DNA of 64,000 nucleotides from Candidatus Lindowbacteria bacterium RIFCSPLOWO2_12_FULL_62_27 (GTDB lineage Bacteria > Lindowbacteria > 2-12-FULL-62-27), in NCBI GenBank assembly GCA_001784175.1, contig MFPR01000020.1:124001-188000 (forward strand). Direction: 5' to 3'. The notes beneath the pieces are model-generated. The model saw nothing but the letters and a program-made list of their open reading frames with translations, made no database searches and was not told the DNA's origin. Numbering within the stretch: position 1 is the first letter of the stretch; each line of letters starts with the position of its first letter. This document shows, piece after piece, positions 22,005-33,539 of this stretch. The position numbers were made by a program, and so were the translations under genes.

Positions 22005-22955
22005 CTAGTTGACGACGTTGATCGCGCGGTTGGATTTGAAAAATTCGATGATCTGGCTCGACAGCATCTCCGCGCAGGTGTCCTGGGACTCGCCCGTGGC
22101 CGCGCCGATGTGCGGCGTCAGGATCAGCCGCTCGTCCTCCAAAAGCGCCTTGTAGGCGGGCGGCTCCTCCGAGTAGACGTCGAGGGCGGCGCCGGCGACC
22201 TTGCCGTCGTGCAGGTATCGCATGAGGGCCTTTTCATCGAGTATGCCGCCGCGCGCGGCGTTGATGATCCGGACGCCCGGTTTCATGAGGTCGAAGGCCT
22301 CATGGCTGACCATCCCGCGGGTTTCGTCGGTGAGAGGCGTGTGAATGGAGATGAAATCGGACCGGCGATAAATATCCTCCGGCGTTTTGACCGGCTCGCA
22401 AACCGACCGCAGGGTCTTTTCGTCCAGATACGGATCGTATCCGAGGATCGACATCCCGAACGCCTTCGCGCGCCGCGCAACTTCCGCGCCGATCCGGCCG
22501 ACCCCAAGCAACCCGAGGACCTTGCCCTTGAGCTCGATCCCCTTCAGCGTCTTTTTCTCCCACTGGCCCGACTTCATCGACCGGTCGGCCTTCGGGATCT
22601 GGCGCGCGAGCGCCAGCATGAATCCCAGGGTCAGCTCCACCACGGCGTTGGCGTTGCCGCCGGGCGTGTTCATGACCTTGACCTTCGCGGCGGTCGCGGC
22701 CTTCACGTCGATGTTGTCGACCCCGACGCCGGCCCGGCCCACGAGCTTCAGGCCGCCGGCCGACACGAACACGGGCTGGGTGACCGTGGTGGAACTGCGG
22801 ACCACGAGGCACTCGACCGGGCGCGCGCGCAACCTGTCAATCAGGTCGTTCTCCTTGAGGGCCGGCGTCTCCTCGATTTCAAAGCCCGCCTCGGCCAGCA
22901 TCGTGACGGCTTTTTTCGCCACGCCGTCGCACAAGAGTGCCTTGGTCGCCATCAC
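22005..22955 (-). CDS. serA: D-3-phosphoglycerate dehydrogenase-like hydroxyacid dehydrogenase (no ACT domain)
   Basis: RAGVGVDNID, GVGRIG, INAARGG, TPHIGAAT. Confidence 0.82.
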   Translation of the reverse strand: MMATKALLCDGVAKKAVTMLAEAGFEIEETPALKENDLIDRLRARPVECLVVRSSTTVTQPVFVSAGGLKLVGRAGVGVDNIDVKAATAAKVKVMNTPGGNANAVVELTLGFMLALARQIPKADRSMKSGQWEKKTLKGIELKGKVLGLLGVGRIGAEVARRAKAFGMSILGYDPYLDEKTLRSVCEPVKTPEDIYRRSDFISIHTPLTDETRGMVSHEAFDLMKPGVRIINAARGGILDEKALMRYLHDGKVAGAALDVYSEEPPAYKALLEDERLILTPHIGAATGESQDTCAEMLSSQIIEFFKSNRAINVVN

Positions 22956-24094
22956 GGTTTCTCCTCGATGACCTTCATCGCCGCTCCCATGCCCGCTCCG
23001 ATGTCGACCCGGTGGCCCAGCCGGCCCAGCCCCATGCCGAGGGCGCCCAACGCGGCCAGGCCGTCGAAGGGATCCATGTATCCCATGTGCGCGATCCGGA
23101 CCACCTTGCCTTTGATGGCGTCCTGCCCGCCGGCCACGGTGATCCCGAAATCGGTTTCGAACATCTTCTTCAGTTTCCCGCCGTCCACGCCCGCCGGGAC
23201 GTTCACGGCCGTTGCGACGTCCACTGGGCGCTTCGCGAACAGCGTCAGGCCCATCGCCCCGACCCCCTCGCGCATCGCGCGGCCGAGGCGCTGGTGTCGC
23301 TCAAAAATCGCATCCATGCCCTCGGCCACCATCCGGTCCAGCGCGGCCTTCAGCGCAAAGATGAGCGACACGGCCGGCGTGTAGGGCGTCGTGTCCTTGG
23401 CGATGTTCTTGTGGTGCTTGTCAAACGAAAAATAATACTTGGGCAGATTCGATTCCTTGACCTTCGCCCACGCGCGGTCGGATACCGACGCCATGGCGAG
23501 GCCGGGCGGAATCATGAGCGCCTTCTGCGAACCCGCGATGACCACGTCCACCTGCCACTCGTCCGTGCGGCATTCCTGGCCGCCAAGCCCGGAAATGCCG
23601 TCCACGACGAGCACGGTGTCGGTCGCGCGCGTGATCGCGCCGAGGTCCCGGATCGGATGCGCGACGCAGGTCGATGTTTCGGACAGCGTCGTGAACACGG
23701 CGCTCGTCTGGGGCTTCGCCTTCAGATGCTTCTCCACCAGCGCCGGATCAACGGCCTCACCCCACGGAACGTCGATGACGTCCGTCGGCACGCCGTAGGC
23801 CTTCGTGATCTCGCCCCAGCGCTCCCCGAATTTCCCGCCGCGGATCACCAGCGCCGGCCGGTCGGTCCGGCAGAGGTTCGCGACGGCGGCCTCCATGGCG
23901 CCGGTACCGGAACTGGTAAAGAGCAGGACCGGCGATTTCGTCAGGAACACCGTCTTCAACTGTTCGAACACCTGCTTGAGTACTGCGTTAAACTCGTCTG
24001 TCCGGTGATGAATCATGGGCCGGGCCGACGCCAGAAGCGCGTCTTCCAAAACGGGCGTGGGTCCGGGCGCGAGCAATCTTCGTTTGTAGAACAT
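22952..24094 (-). CDS. Class V PLP aminotransferase (serine-pyruvate/phosphoserine type)
   Basis: PGPTPV, SSGTGAME, GSQKALMIPPG, RIAHMG; coupled to serA. Confidence 0.9.
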   Translation of the reverse strand: MFYKRRLLAPGPTPVLEDALLASARPMIHHRTDEFNAVLKQVFEQLKTVFLTKSPVLLFTSSGTGAMEAAVANLCRTDRPALVIRGGKFGERWGEITKAYGVPTDVIDVPWGEAVDPALVEKHLKAKPQTSAVFTTLSETSTCVAHPIRDLGAITRATDTVLVVDGISGLGGQECRTDEWQVDVVIAGSQKALMIPPGLAMASVSDRAWAKVKESNLPKYYFSFDKHHKNIAKDTTPYTPAVSLIFALKAALDRMVAEGMDAIFERHQRLGRAMREGVGAMGLTLFAKRPVDVATAVNVPAGVDGGKLKKMFETDFGITVAGGQDAIKGKVVRIAHMGYMDPFDGLAALGALGMGLGRLGHRVDIGAGMGAAMKVIEEKP

Positions 24095-24131
24095 GTCCTT
24101 GGCCTCCTTATCAGTCCTTTATGGTTTCAAC

Positions 24132-26555
24132 TCAGTGCGCCGCGTGCAGCGGAATCGCGCCGCGCGCGGGTTCGGCCTCGGGGGATACCGTGCGGCTCGG
24201 ACGATCGGTCCCGCCGGTGGCTGGAAACAATAGCGTCATCGCCTCCGAAATACTTTCCACGTAGCGCAATTTCAATCCCTGTATTTCGTTGGCCGGTATT
24301 TCGCTCACCTGCGCCTCGTTTTCCTTCGGCAGTATCACCTCTTCCATTCCATATCGTTGCGCCGCCAGAAGCTTGGACCGAAGTCCCCCCACGGGCAGAA
24401 CGCGGCCGCGCAGCGTGATTTCTCCGGTCATGGCCACGGCCGGCCTGACCGGCCGGCCCAGGAGGGCCGAGAGGAGCGCGGCGGCGAGGGTGATGCCGGC
24501 GGACGGGCCGTCTTTTGGAATCGCTCCCTCGGCCACATGGATGTGGAAATCATTTTTTCGGAATACTTCCGGCATAAGTCCGAGTTGCCCGCACATGCTC
24601 CGTGCAAACGTCAGCGCGGCCTGCCCCGACTCTTTCATTACTTCGCCCAACCGCCCGGTCAGAATCAGCGTTCCCCGGCCCGGCACCAGCGCGGCCTCGA
24701 CCAGGAGTACGTCGCCGCCGAGTTCCGTCCACGCGAGGCCCGCCGCTGCGCCGGCTTCCATCCGCGCTGAAAGGAGCGTCCGCTTTTCGTGCACCTGCGG
24801 CACGCCCAGGATTTTCTGCAGGTGTCCCGCCTGAACCGCGCGCGGCCCCTTGCGGCCCTCGGCCACGCGTTTTGCGCTCTGCCGCAGAACCTTGCCGATG
24901 TTCCGCTCGAGGTCCCGGACGCCGGCTTCGTTGGTGTACCGCCGGACGATGACGCGGATCGCGGCGTCGGCGATCCGGACGGGCGTCGATTCAAGTCCAT
25001 TTTCGCGCATTTGCTTCGGCAGGAGAAACTGCCTGGCGATTTGAAGTTTCTCCGGTTCGGTGTAGCCCGGCAGATCGATCACTTCCATCCGGTCCAGCAG
25101 CGGATACGGGATCGCGAAGCGGACGTTTGCCGTCGTGATGAACAGGCACTCGGACAGGTCAAAGCCGAGTTCGAGATAGTGGTCGACAAAATGGTGGTTC
25201 TGTTCCGGATCGAGTACCTCGAGGAGCGCCGAGGAGGGATCGCCGCGGAAATCCACGCTCATCTTGTCGACCTCGTCCAGGAGAAATACCGGGTTTTTCG
25301 ATTTGGCCTTCGCCAGAAGCTGCAGGATGCGCCCTGGCAGGGCGCCGATGTACGTCCGGCGGTGGCCCCGGATCTCCGCCTCGTCCCGCACGCCGCCCAG
25401 GGACATCCGCACAAACTCCCGGCCCAGGGCGCGAGCAATCGACCGGCCCAGGCTTGTCTTGCCGACGCCGGGCGGGCCGACGAAACAGAGGATAGGCCCT
25501 TTGATTTTCCCCGCGAGCTTGCAGACCGCGAGGTACTCCAGAATCCGCTCCTTGGGTTTCTCCAGCCCGTAATGGTCCTCGTCCAGGATTTTTTTCGCCC
25601 GCCGCACGTCATGAACGTCGGTCGTCCGCCGGTTCCATGGTAGGTCCGTCAGCCACGTGAGGTACGATCGCGCGACGGTGGCCTCGGGCGTCAGCGACGG
25701 CATCTTCTCGAGCCGGCCCAGCTCCTTTTCGGCCTTCTCCCGCGCCTCGTCCGGCATCTCCGCCTTGCGGATCGCCTCCCGGATCGCGTCGAATTCTTCC
25801 CGACTGTCCGGCTTGCCCAGTTCCCGCTGGATCGCCTTGACCTGCTCGTTCAGATAATACTCGCGCTGCAGCGTCTCCATCTGCTTGCGGACCCGCGACC
25901 GGATTTTGTTCTCAAGGTTCGCGATCTCGATCTCGCGCTCAAGAATCTCTGACAGGGAAAACAGCCGGGCGGGAACGGCGGTCTCGTCCAGGAATTTCTG
26001 GCGGATGTCCGTGTGGACCGCAAGGTGCGCCGCGACGGCGTCGGCGAGCTTGTCCGGATCCTCCAGATGCAGAATGGCCATCGCCGCCTCGGCGGGCAAC
26101 TTCTGCGTCAGTTTGATGTATTCCTCAAACCGGTGCCGAACGTTTCGCGCGAGCGCCTCCAGCTCCTCCATCGGCGCGTCGCCCGGCGTGGTCTCGATGG
26201 GCTGGACGTGGGCCGTGAGATGATCGCGCCCGGCGGCGACTTTCTCGATCCGCGCCCGCTGGAGGCCCTCCACCAGCACCTTGAGCGTGCCGTCCGGAAG
26301 CCGCGTTACCTGGGAAATTTCGACGATGCAGCCGGTGTCATGCAGGTGTTCCCGCTTCGGATCCTGAATGTCGGAATTCTTCTGCGCGACGACGAACAGC
26401 CGGTTCCTTTTTCCGGCCGACTCCACCGCCCCCACCGACCCCGCCCGGCCGACAAACAACGGCACCGACATCCCCGGGAACACCACCATGTCCCGAAGCG
26501 GCAGGCAGGGCAACAGGAGTACGGCCTTCTGGGTCTGCGAATCCGACGTCATCAC
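24132..26555 (-). CDS. lon: ATP-dependent protease La
   Basis: [32 protein letters not shown]. Confidence 0.97.
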   Translation of the reverse strand: MMTSDSQTQKAVLLLPCLPLRDMVVFPGMSVPLFVGRAGSVGAVESAGKRNRLFVVAQKNSDIQDPKREHLHDTGCIVEISQVTRLPDGTLKVLVEGLQRARIEKVAAGRDHLTAHVQPIETTPGDAPMEELEALARNVRHRFEEYIKLTQKLPAEAAMAILHLEDPDKLADAVAAHLAVHTDIRQKFLDETAVPARLFSLSEILEREIEIANLENKIRSRVRKQMETLQREYYLNEQVKAIQRELGKPDSREEFDAIREAIRKAEMPDEAREKAEKELGRLEKMPSLTPEATVARSYLTWLTDLPWNRRTTDVHDVRRAKKILDEDHYGLEKPKERILEYLAVCKLAGKIKGPILCFVGPPGVGKTSLGRSIARALGREFVRMSLGGVRDEAEIRGHRRTYIGALPGRILQLLAKAKSKNPVFLLDEVDKMSVDFRGDPSSALLEVLDPEQNHHFVDHYLELGFDLSECLFITTANVRFAIPYPLLDRMEVIDLPGYTEPEKLQIARQFLLPKQMRENGLESTPVRIADAAIRVIVRRYTNEAGVRDLERNIGKVLRQSAKRVAEGRKGPRAVQAGHLQKILGVPQVHEKRTLLSARMEAGAAAGLAWTELGGDVLLVEAALVPGRGTLILTGRLGEVMKESGQAALTFARSMCGQLGLMPEVFRKNDFHIHVAEGAIPKDGPSAGITLAAALLSALLGRPVRPAVAMTGEITLRGRVLPVGGLRSKLLAAQRYGMEEVILPKENEAQVSEIPANEIQGLKLRYVESISEAMTLLFPATGGTDRPSRTVSPEAEPARGAIPLHAAH

Positions 26556-26635
26556 TCCAACCTCCGGGAGGACTCGCTCGTGCGGCCCTCACAAACGGCG
26601 AGTCTCTCTCAGGCGCGGCGAAAACACAATAGAGA

Positions 26636-27037
26636 TCACCCGCCGTCGCCGAGCATGCGGATGAGCGCCGCGGAGAGTTCATCGACGGGCGACGGCTTCG
26701 GGACGAAGGTCGTCGCGGCGTAAGTCTCGGCGTGGAGGTGGTCCTCCGGCTCGCCGTAGACGACCAGCGGCGCGGGGTAGTGGCGGGACTTTTTGATGAA
26801 CCGGATGAGATCCATGCCGTTGATGTCGGAGGCGGTATGGCCGAAGTCGGCATCGAGAATGACGGCGTCGGGCCTTTCCGACGAGAAAAAGTCTACGGCG
26901 CTATGCCACGTGAAGGCCTGCAGGACGCGGCAGCCGTCCGTTTCCAGGCGCGCCTTGAGGGTTTTCTGTAACGCGTCCTCTTCGGCGACGACCAGGATTT
27001 TCGGAGACTGCCGCGGCACCATTTCACACGCCTCCAT
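26636..27037 (-). CDS. Single-domain response regulator (atypical receiver)
   Basis: KILVVAEE, PDAVILD, NGMDL, FVPKP. Confidence 0.75.
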   Translation of the reverse strand: MEACEMVPRQSPKILVVAEEDALQKTLKARLETDGCRVLQAFTWHSAVDFFSSERPDAVILDADFGHTASDINGMDLIRFIKKSRHYPAPLVVYGEPEDHLHAETYAATTFVPKPSPVDELSAALIRMLGDGG

Positions 27038-27040
27038 CCA

Positions 27041-27487
27041 TCACTTCTTGGGCGCTTCGACCATGATCAGGCGCGAATACCCGTCACTGTAAACATCCAC
27101 GGCCGCCGCTCGGTCGATCTTGAGGCCGTTCACCCACTTCACGAAGTCTTCGCCGGGTTTGTACTTCTTGCTGTCCTTGTCCTCGAACCACCGAACGTGG
27201 ATCATGACCTTCTTGCCCTTCAATGCGTCCGGCTTCTTCGCCTTGTTCCACTGGGCGTACTTCGGCACGGTCTTGACTTTTTCGACCTTGATCACAAACG
27301 CGGTCCCGGTGTCGTCTTTCGTCAGGACTTTGCCTTCCAGCGTTCCCGCGAACCCGCGCGCCAAAATCGGCAGAGCGTCCGGCTCGGCCGCCTTCTTTTT
27401 GTCGGCGGCCGGGACCGGATTCGTCGCGGACAGCAAAAATACAAAGGCCGCCAGGCACGCGCAATAAATGGAAAAATACTTCTTCAT
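27041..27487 (-). CDS. Exported Lys-rich hypothetical protein
   Basis: AAAGGGG RBS, signal peptide MKKYFSIY..PVPA. Confidence 0.7.
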   Translation of the reverse strand: MKKYFSIYCACLAAFVFLLSATNPVPAADKKKAAEPDALPILARGFAGTLEGKVLTKDDTGTAFVIKVEKVKTVPKYAQWNKAKKPDALKGKKVMIHVRWFEDKDSKKYKPGEDFVKWVNGLKIDRAAAVDVYSDGYSRLIMVEAPKK

Positions 27488-27693
27488 GGTGTATCCCCTT
27501 TCATTCGGTTTTGGCGTCCGCACAGCACATGTCGGATCGCCTGTTCTCCTTTCCATTCGCAAACGCCGGTCCCGGATCGACCGGCGGCAGGATTCCCGTC
27601 GCAACTGCTCATTCCAGTGATGGATCGGAAACGGGACCCGGCCGCCGGTGGCGCGCCGGAAGGGGATACTGTTAACGGGGGAAGGTTAAAGTG

Positions 27694-29061
27694 TTAAGCG
27701 GATTTCAGGTCTTTGACGTTGATGCGGAACTGCCGGATCTTTTTCCAGACGGTAACGCGGCTGACCCCCAGGAGTTTTGCGGCGTCCCGCTGGTTGCCGC
27801 CGGTCTTTCGCAGGGCGTCGAGAAGTTGTTGCCGTTCGGTTTTCACATCTCCTTCACCCGATTTCCGTCCCGCGATCTCGTCCGGCAAATCGAAAAGCTT
27901 GATTTGGTTACCGGACGCCGTGACAAAGGCGCGCTCGATGGCGTTGCGCAGCTCCCGGACGTTGCCGGGCCAGCCGTGTTTCATGAGCCGCTCAAGCGCG
28001 GTTCGGGCGATCCCGACCTCCGCCCGGTGATAGGACTTCGAAAATTCGGACAGGAACTGCTTCACGAGAAGAGGGATATCCTCCTTGCGATGGCGCAGGG
28101 CGGGCAGAAGAATTTCAAAGACCCGGATGCGATAGTAAAAATCCTCCCGGAGCGTGCCGGCGGACAAAAGCCCGGAGAGGTCTTTGTTGGTGGCCGTGAT
28201 GAGCCGCACATCTATTTTTTCCGGCCGGCCGGCCCCGACCGGATGGATTTCCCGCTCCTGCAAAACGCGCAGAAGCTTCTGCTGAAGGGCGCCGTCCATG
28301 TCGCCGACCTCGTCGAGAAAGATCGTTCCGCCGTTCGCGACCTGGAAGATGCCGGCCTTGTCGCGGATCGCGCCCGTAAACGACCCCCGCACATGGCCGA
28401 AGAGCTCGGACGCCAGAAGCGTTTCCGGCATCGCCGAACAGTTGACACCGATGAAGGGCCGGTCCTTTCTGGCGCTCATCGAATGGATGCCGCGCGCCAC
28501 CAGCTCCTTGCCGGTGCCCGATTCGCCCAGAATGAGGACCGTCACGTCGGACTGCGCGGCCAGCCGGAGGCGCCGGAAGATTTCCTGCATCGGCTCGCTT
28601 TTTCCCGTGATTCCCGCAAACGCCTCGCGGCTCCGCGATTGTTCCTCAAACAGGGCGATCTTTTCGTTCGCTTGAAACAGGCTGTTCCGCTCCTGTACCC
28701 GATGCTCCGCGATCGCCAGCCGCACCCGCAACAGTTTCGGCTCGACCGGTTTCGTCAGGTAATCGTCCGCGCCGGCGGCCAGCGCCGCCTGAAGGTCCTC
28801 CGGAGAATCCTTGGCCGTGACCACCAGGACCGTGCCGTATTCTCCCTGCGGCGTCGCGCGCAGCCTCCGGCAGAATTCAAGGCCGTCCATGCCCGGGAGG
28901 GTCAGGTCCAGAACCACCAGCGCGTGCGCGTCGCGCCGGAAGACCTCCCACGCGGTTTCGGCGTCCGGGCAGGCGGTCACGTCATGGCCTTGCGACCGGA
29001 GGACGTCCTCCAAAAGACGGCGCATGGCGGGTTCGTCCTCGACGAGAAGCGTCTTGATCAA
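27694..29061 (-). CDS. Sigma54-dependent response regulator (REC-AAA+-HTH, NtrC family)
   Basis: LLVEDE, LDLTLPGMDG, GESGTGKE, ELFGHVRGSFTGA, WPGNVREL; TTG start overlaps the kinase stop. Confidence 0.92.
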   Translation of the reverse strand: MIKTLLVEDEPAMRRLLEDVLRSQGHDVTACPDAETAWEVFRRDAHALVVLDLTLPGMDGLEFCRRLRATPQGEYGTVLVVTAKDSPEDLQAALAAGADDYLTKPVEPKLLRVRLAIAEHRVQERNSLFQANEKIALFEEQSRSREAFAGITGKSEPMQEIFRRLRLAAQSDVTVLILGESGTGKELVARGIHSMSARKDRPFIGVNCSAMPETLLASELFGHVRGSFTGAIRDKAGIFQVANGGTIFLDEVGDMDGALQQKLLRVLQEREIHPVGAGRPEKIDVRLITATNKDLSGLLSAGTLREDFYYRIRVFEILLPALRHRKEDIPLLVKQFLSEFSKSYHRAEVGIARTALERLMKHGWPGNVRELRNAIERAFVTASGNQIKLFDLPDEIAGRKSGEGDVKTERQQLLDALRKTGGNQRDAAKLLGVSRVTVWKKIRQFRINVKDLKSA

Positions 29062-30863
29062 CGGCGAACCTCGACGGCCTGAAGACAGTTTGTAAATTCG
29101 CGCAGGCGCGCCCGGACCTCTTCGGCGTTCTTGTTTTTCGCGCCCTCTTCGATCGCCCGGCCGCCCGCCGATAGTTCCGGAAAGCCGTAACTTCCGCCGC
29201 ATCCCTTGATGCCGTGGCCCAGCCGGCGGACGGTTTCAAAATCGTTCCGCGCCACGGCCTCCTCCATCTCCTTCAAATGTTCACGCATGTCCGCGAGAAA
29301 TTGCGGGATGAGATGTTCGAGCGCGGGATCGACGCGCCCTTGCGGAAGCGACCGGGTGAGGTCGTGGATGCATTTCAGGAGGGTCGGCCGGGTCAGGGGT
29401 TTGGTCAGATGCGCGTCGCACCCCACGGCAAGGCTTCTTTCGGCCTCCTCCTTCAAGGCGTGCGCGGTGAGGGCGACGATCGGCGTCGGCGTCGACCCGT
29501 TGCGCCGCTCCCACTCGCGGATTTCCCGGACGGCCGTGTAGCCGTCCATGACCGGCATCTGCACATCCATGAGAACGAGGTCGTAGGCGCGCGATTGGAA
29601 TTTCGCAAGCGCCTCCCGGCCGTCTTCGGCGATGTCCATCTCGTGGGTGATGCCCTTCAGATAAGCCTCGACCACCACCCGATTGGATTTGATGTCCTCC
29701 GCCAAAAGAATTCGGATTGGTCGGGCACCGCGGTTCAGGGCCGGCGCCCAATCGATGTCCTCCGGCGGGGGCTCGGATACTTTTACCACCGGCCGGGTGT
29801 GGGCTTCCAGGGGGATCGTCACGTGGAACGTGCTCCCACGCCCGGTCGCGCTTTTCGCGGCGATCCGGCCGCCCATGCCTTGCGCCAGGATTCTCGAAAT
29901 ATGCAGCCCCAATCCCGTGCCGCCATGTTGACGCGTCAAAGACGGATCAGCCGTTGCGAACCGCTCGAAAATCACGTCCAGTTTTTCCGGCGATATGCCG
30001 ATGCCGGTGTCGGACACCGAAAAACGGATCTGGCCGGGCGCCGATCTGTTCGGGTCCCGCTCGACCCGCACCCGGATTTCCCCCCGTTCCGTGAACTTGA
30101 TGGAATTGCCGATGATGTTCAAAAGCACCCGGCGCAAACAATCCGCGTCCCCGATCACCCGCGGCGGAACGTCCGGGTCGATGGCGCACGCAAGCGTCAG
30201 CCCTTTTTCAGCGGCCCGGACGGATTGGGCCGAAACGAGTCGGTCGACCAGCCGCAGCAGGTCGAAATCCTTTTTTTCAAACTCGAACATCCCCGCTTCG
30301 ACCTTGGACAGATCCAAAATGTCATTGATGATCCGCAGAAGATGCTCGCCCTCCGTTTTTAAAATCTCCGCATATTTCCGCCCATCGGGCGTCGTCAGGA
30401 GAGGCGCCACGAGATCGGACATGGCGATGACGGCATTCATCGGCGTGCGGATTTCGTGGCTCATGTTGGCGAGAAACTCGGATTTCACGCGGGAGGCCAG
30501 CAGGGCCGCCTGCTGGGCCTTGCGCTCGCGCTCGACGGTGACCCGCAGTTTCGAGAGAATGAGGGCGATCAACAGGAACACGGTCAGCCTCATGAGGGCG
30601 TTCCAATAGGGAGTGAAGGGATGCGTATAGGTGTCCTGCAAATCGGCGGCCAGCCATTCGAGCGTGCAAAGGATTGACACGAAAGCCCCGTATCGCAGAC
30701 CAATGTACCAGGCCATCATGGAGACGGGGATGGTGTAAAACACGGAGAAACTGACCTGCACCCCGGTCAGATAATCGATGATGCCCACGAGAACGGCCAG
30801 CCCCACACTCAATACGAACAACCACGACCGGGGCTTCTTATCGAGGTATTCGAGGATGCCCAT
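29058..30863 (-). CDS. Hybrid membrane sensor kinase (HisKA-HATPase-REC-Hpt)
   Basis: [36 protein letters not shown], Hpt LGHGIKG. Confidence 0.93.
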   Translation of the reverse strand: MGILEYLDKKPRSWLFVLSVGLAVLVGIIDYLTGVQVSFSVFYTIPVSMMAWYIGLRYGAFVSILCTLEWLAADLQDTYTHPFTPYWNALMRLTVFLLIALILSKLRVTVERERKAQQAALLASRVKSEFLANMSHEIRTPMNAVIAMSDLVAPLLTTPDGRKYAEILKTEGEHLLRIINDILDLSKVEAGMFEFEKKDFDLLRLVDRLVSAQSVRAAEKGLTLACAIDPDVPPRVIGDADCLRRVLLNIIGNSIKFTERGEIRVRVERDPNRSAPGQIRFSVSDTGIGISPEKLDVIFERFATADPSLTRQHGGTGLGLHISRILAQGMGGRIAAKSATGRGSTFHVTIPLEAHTRPVVKVSEPPPEDIDWAPALNRGARPIRILLAEDIKSNRVVVEAYLKGITHEMDIAEDGREALAKFQSRAYDLVLMDVQMPVMDGYTAVREIREWERRNGSTPTPIVALTAHALKEEAERSLAVGCDAHLTKPLTRPTLLKCIHDLTRSLPQGRVDPALEHLIPQFLADMREHLKEMEEAVARNDFETVRRLGHGIKGCGGSYGFPELSAGGRAIEEGAKNKNAEEVRARLREFTNCLQAVEVRR

Positions 30864-30876
30864 GGACAGGGACCGC

Positions 30877-31470
30877 TTACCGCGACCGCGAGTACAGGCC
30901 GATCAGCGTCGCCTCCGACAGAATGTGGCCCTTCATCGCCGCTTCAAGGCCCGCCTTCAAGGTCCGGGCCGGCAGCTTCAGGACGGTGTCCAGCGCGTAC
31001 AACTTGAAAAAATACCGGTGCGTCCCCGACGGCGGACACGGCCCCCAGTAGCCGACGCGGTCGCCATCGTCCACGCCCCAGCACAGTCCCTGCACCGCGC
31101 CGTTCGGCAATGTTTCAGACCTCGGCAGGTTCTCGCCCAGGCTTGTCGTGTCGCCCGGGATGTTCCAGAGGATCCAGTGCACCCACGCGCCGGATGACGC
31201 GTCCGGATCGTCGTTGATGATCGCAAAGCTTTTTGCGCCCTTCGGCGCGCCGGACCAGGCAAACGCCGGCGATAGGTCTTCGCCGTCGCAGGTGTGCCTG
31301 GAAGGGATCTTCGCGTTGTGCGCGAACGACGGGCTGGTCAACGTCATGGCCATGGGAGTTGCTCCTTTGGTTTTTTTCTTTTTTTTAACAACCGCCGCGC
31401 CCTCCGCCGCGCCGCCGAACAGAAGCGCCAGACCCAGAACGGGCATCAGAATGGAATTTCGCGGCGTCAT
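30877..31470 (-). CDS. YbhB/YbcL (PEBP, Raf kinase inhibitor-like) protein
   Basis: DDPDA, WVHW, GPCPPSGTHRYFFKLYALD; signal peptide. Confidence 0.9.
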   Translation of the reverse strand: MTPRNSILMPVLGLALLFGGAAEGAAVVKKKKKTKGATPMAMTLTSPSFAHNAKIPSRHTCDGEDLSPAFAWSGAPKGAKSFAIINDDPDASSGAWVHWILWNIPGDTTSLGENLPRSETLPNGAVQGLCWGVDDGDRVGYWGPCPPSGTHRYFFKLYALDTVLKLPARTLKAGLEAAMKGHILSEATLIGLYSRSR

Positions 31471-31477
31471 GGCGCAA

Positions 31478-31506
31478 AGCCTAATCCGCCCCCGGCCGCC
31501 TGTCAA
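31478..31506 (-). promoter_or_regulatory. Sigma70-type promoter of the YbhB gene, probably leaderless
   Basis: TTGACA-N17-TAGGCT, ATG 7 nt downstream. Confidence 0.6.
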
Positions 31507-31606
31507 TCCTCGCCCCGTATTTCTGCTTGACATTTTCCCCATAACCGGCGAGAATCCCAGCTTCTCGACACGACCACGTCGATATTACACTAGGGGAGGC
31601 GACTTG

Positions 31607-32275
31607 ATGAAAAACTTTCGTAGGACCGCTTGTGTATTCATGTTGAGTCTCTTGATCCTGACGCCGGCGGTTTGGGCGCAGGAGGAAACGGCGGCGCCCG
31701 CGGCGGCCGCGCCTGAAGGCAAGCTCCTGCGGCTCGATGGACAGGCCCAGATCAAAGGGCCGGCCGATACGGAGTTCCGCGCTGTCTCCGGCGGCGACAT
31801 GCTCCCGCTCGCCGGGACCTTTCGCGTCCTGCCCGGCGGCAAGGCGCAGATCGAATTGCCCAACGGCGGGATCATTCTCGTCAAGGAATTCACGGTCGTT
31901 CAGCTCGACCAGATCGCCAAGGACCAGAACGCGCAAATTTCCATTCCCGTGGGGGAATTCTTGATCGGCTTTAAGGCGCCGCTCCCGTCCGGACAGGTCT
32001 TCAAGGTCCGAACGCCGGCGGCGGTCGCCGGCATCCGCGGCACGCTTTTCTGGGGACTTTCCGCGCCCGATCTCACCACCACCTTCGCCTGCTTCCACGA
32101 CACCATCACGCTCGAAGCCGGCGGCAAGACGGTGGACCTGGTGCCGGGCATGGTGAGCTCCACGAAATACGGAGAGGCCCCGGCCGACCCGGCGCCCCAC
32201 AGCGTCCCGGCGAGCTATTTGGAAACGTTCGCGGTGGAGGGAAATCTCGAAGGATTGCCGGACCTGCTCAAATAA
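31607..32275 (+). CDS. FecR-domain exported protein
   Basis: GGGGAGG RBS, signal peptide AVWA, FKVRTPAAVAGIRGT. Confidence 0.82.
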   Translation: MKNFRRTACVFMLSLLILTPAVWAQEETAAPAAAAPEGKLLRLDGQAQIKGPADTEFRAVSGGDMLPLAGTFRVLPGGKAQIELPNGGIILVKEFTVVQLDQIAKDQNAQISIPVGEFLIGFKAPLPSGQVFKVRTPAAVAGIRGTLFWGLSAPDLTTTFACFHDTITLEAGGKTVDLVPGMVSSTKYGEAPADPAPHSVPASYLETFAVEGNLEGLPDLLK

Positions 32276-32278
32276 CGG

Positions 32279-33538
32279 TCAGGCCGTCGCTTTTTCTTCC
32301 TTGAGCGCAATGAGAGGCTTCGCCTTGCGGGCGACCGCCTCTTCGGTGATGACGATCTCCTTGATGTTCGTGTTGGAGGGAATTTCGTACATGAGTTCCA
32401 GCATGATGTCCTCGAGGATGGCCCGGAGCGCCCTCGCGCCCGTGCCGCGTTCCCGGGCGAGCGTGGCGACCTCTTGCAGGGATTCCGGCGTGAAGATGAG
32501 GTTGACACCCTCCATCTCGAAGAATCTCTGATACTGCTTCGCCAGCGCGTTCTTCGGCTCCGTCAGCACCTTCACCAGCGCCCGCTCGTCGAGGTCGTCC
32601 AGGACGGTGAGGACCGGCAGCCGGCCGACAAACTCCGGGATCATGCCGAACTTCAATAAATCCTCCGGCACCAGTTCCCTGAGCACGTTGTCGGTCCGCT
32701 TCTCCAGGCGCGTCTTGATATCGGCCGTGAATCCCATCTGCTTCTTGCCGATCCGGCTCTCCACGATCTTGTCCAGGCCCACAAAGGCGCCCCCGCAGAT
32801 GAAGAGGATGTTGGTCGTGTTGATCTGGATGAAATCCTGGTGCGGGTGCTTCCGGCCCCCCTGCGGCGGCACATTGGCGATGGTGCCCTCCAGAATCTTC
32901 AGGAGCGCCTGCTGCACGCCTTCGCCCGACACGTCCCGCGTGATGGACGGGTTGTCGCCCTTGCGGGCGATCTTGTCGATCTCGTCGATGTAGATGATCC
33001 CTTTCTGCGCGCGGGCCAGGTCGAAATCGGCGTTCTGCAGGAGCCTGAGCAGTATGTTTTCAACGTCTTCGCCCACGTAGCCGGCCTCCGTCAGGGCGGT
33101 CGCGTCGGCGATCGCGAACGGGACGTTCAATATCCTGGCGAGGACCTGCGCCATCAAAGTCTTGCCCACGCCGGTCGGGCCCACGAGAAGCACGTTGCTC
33201 TTCTGAAGCTCAACGTCCTCCTTCGCCGTCTTTTTGCCGCCTTCGATCAGAATGCGCTTGTAATGGTTGTAGACCGCCACCGACAGCGCCTTCTTCGCGT
33301 GGTCCTGGCTGACCACGTAGCTGTCAAGCAGGGCTTTGATCTCCTTGGGCGTGTGGAGGCCGTCGGTCCGGGTTGCAACCTGGGCCGCGTCCTCGCCGAT
33401 GATCTGGAAACACGTTTCGATGCACTCGTCGCAGATCGCGGCCGTCGGCGCCGTGATCAGACGGCGACGCACGTCCTCCTGGGCCTTGCCGCAAAAACTG
33501 CACCGCTGGCTGCCCGCGCCCTCGGTGAATCTCACCAT
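32279..33538 (-). CDS. clpX: ATP-dependent Clp protease ATP-binding subunit
   Basis: CSFCGK zinc finger, [22 protein letters not shown]. Confidence 0.97.
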   Translation of the reverse strand: MVRFTEGAGSQRCSFCGKAQEDVRRRLITAPTAAICDECIETCFQIIGEDAAQVATRTDGLHTPKEIKALLDSYVVSQDHAKKALSVAVYNHYKRILIEGGKKTAKEDVELQKSNVLLVGPTGVGKTLMAQVLARILNVPFAIADATALTEAGYVGEDVENILLRLLQNADFDLARAQKGIIYIDEIDKIARKGDNPSITRDVSGEGVQQALLKILEGTIANVPPQGGRKHPHQDFIQINTTNILFICGGAFVGLDKIVESRIGKKQMGFTADIKTRLEKRTDNVLRELVPEDLLKFGMIPEFVGRLPVLTVLDDLDERALVKVLTEPKNALAKQYQRFFEMEGVNLIFTPESLQEVATLARERGTGARALRAILEDIMLELMYEIPSNTNIKEIVITEEAVARKAKPLIALKEEKATA

Positions 33539-33539
33539 C

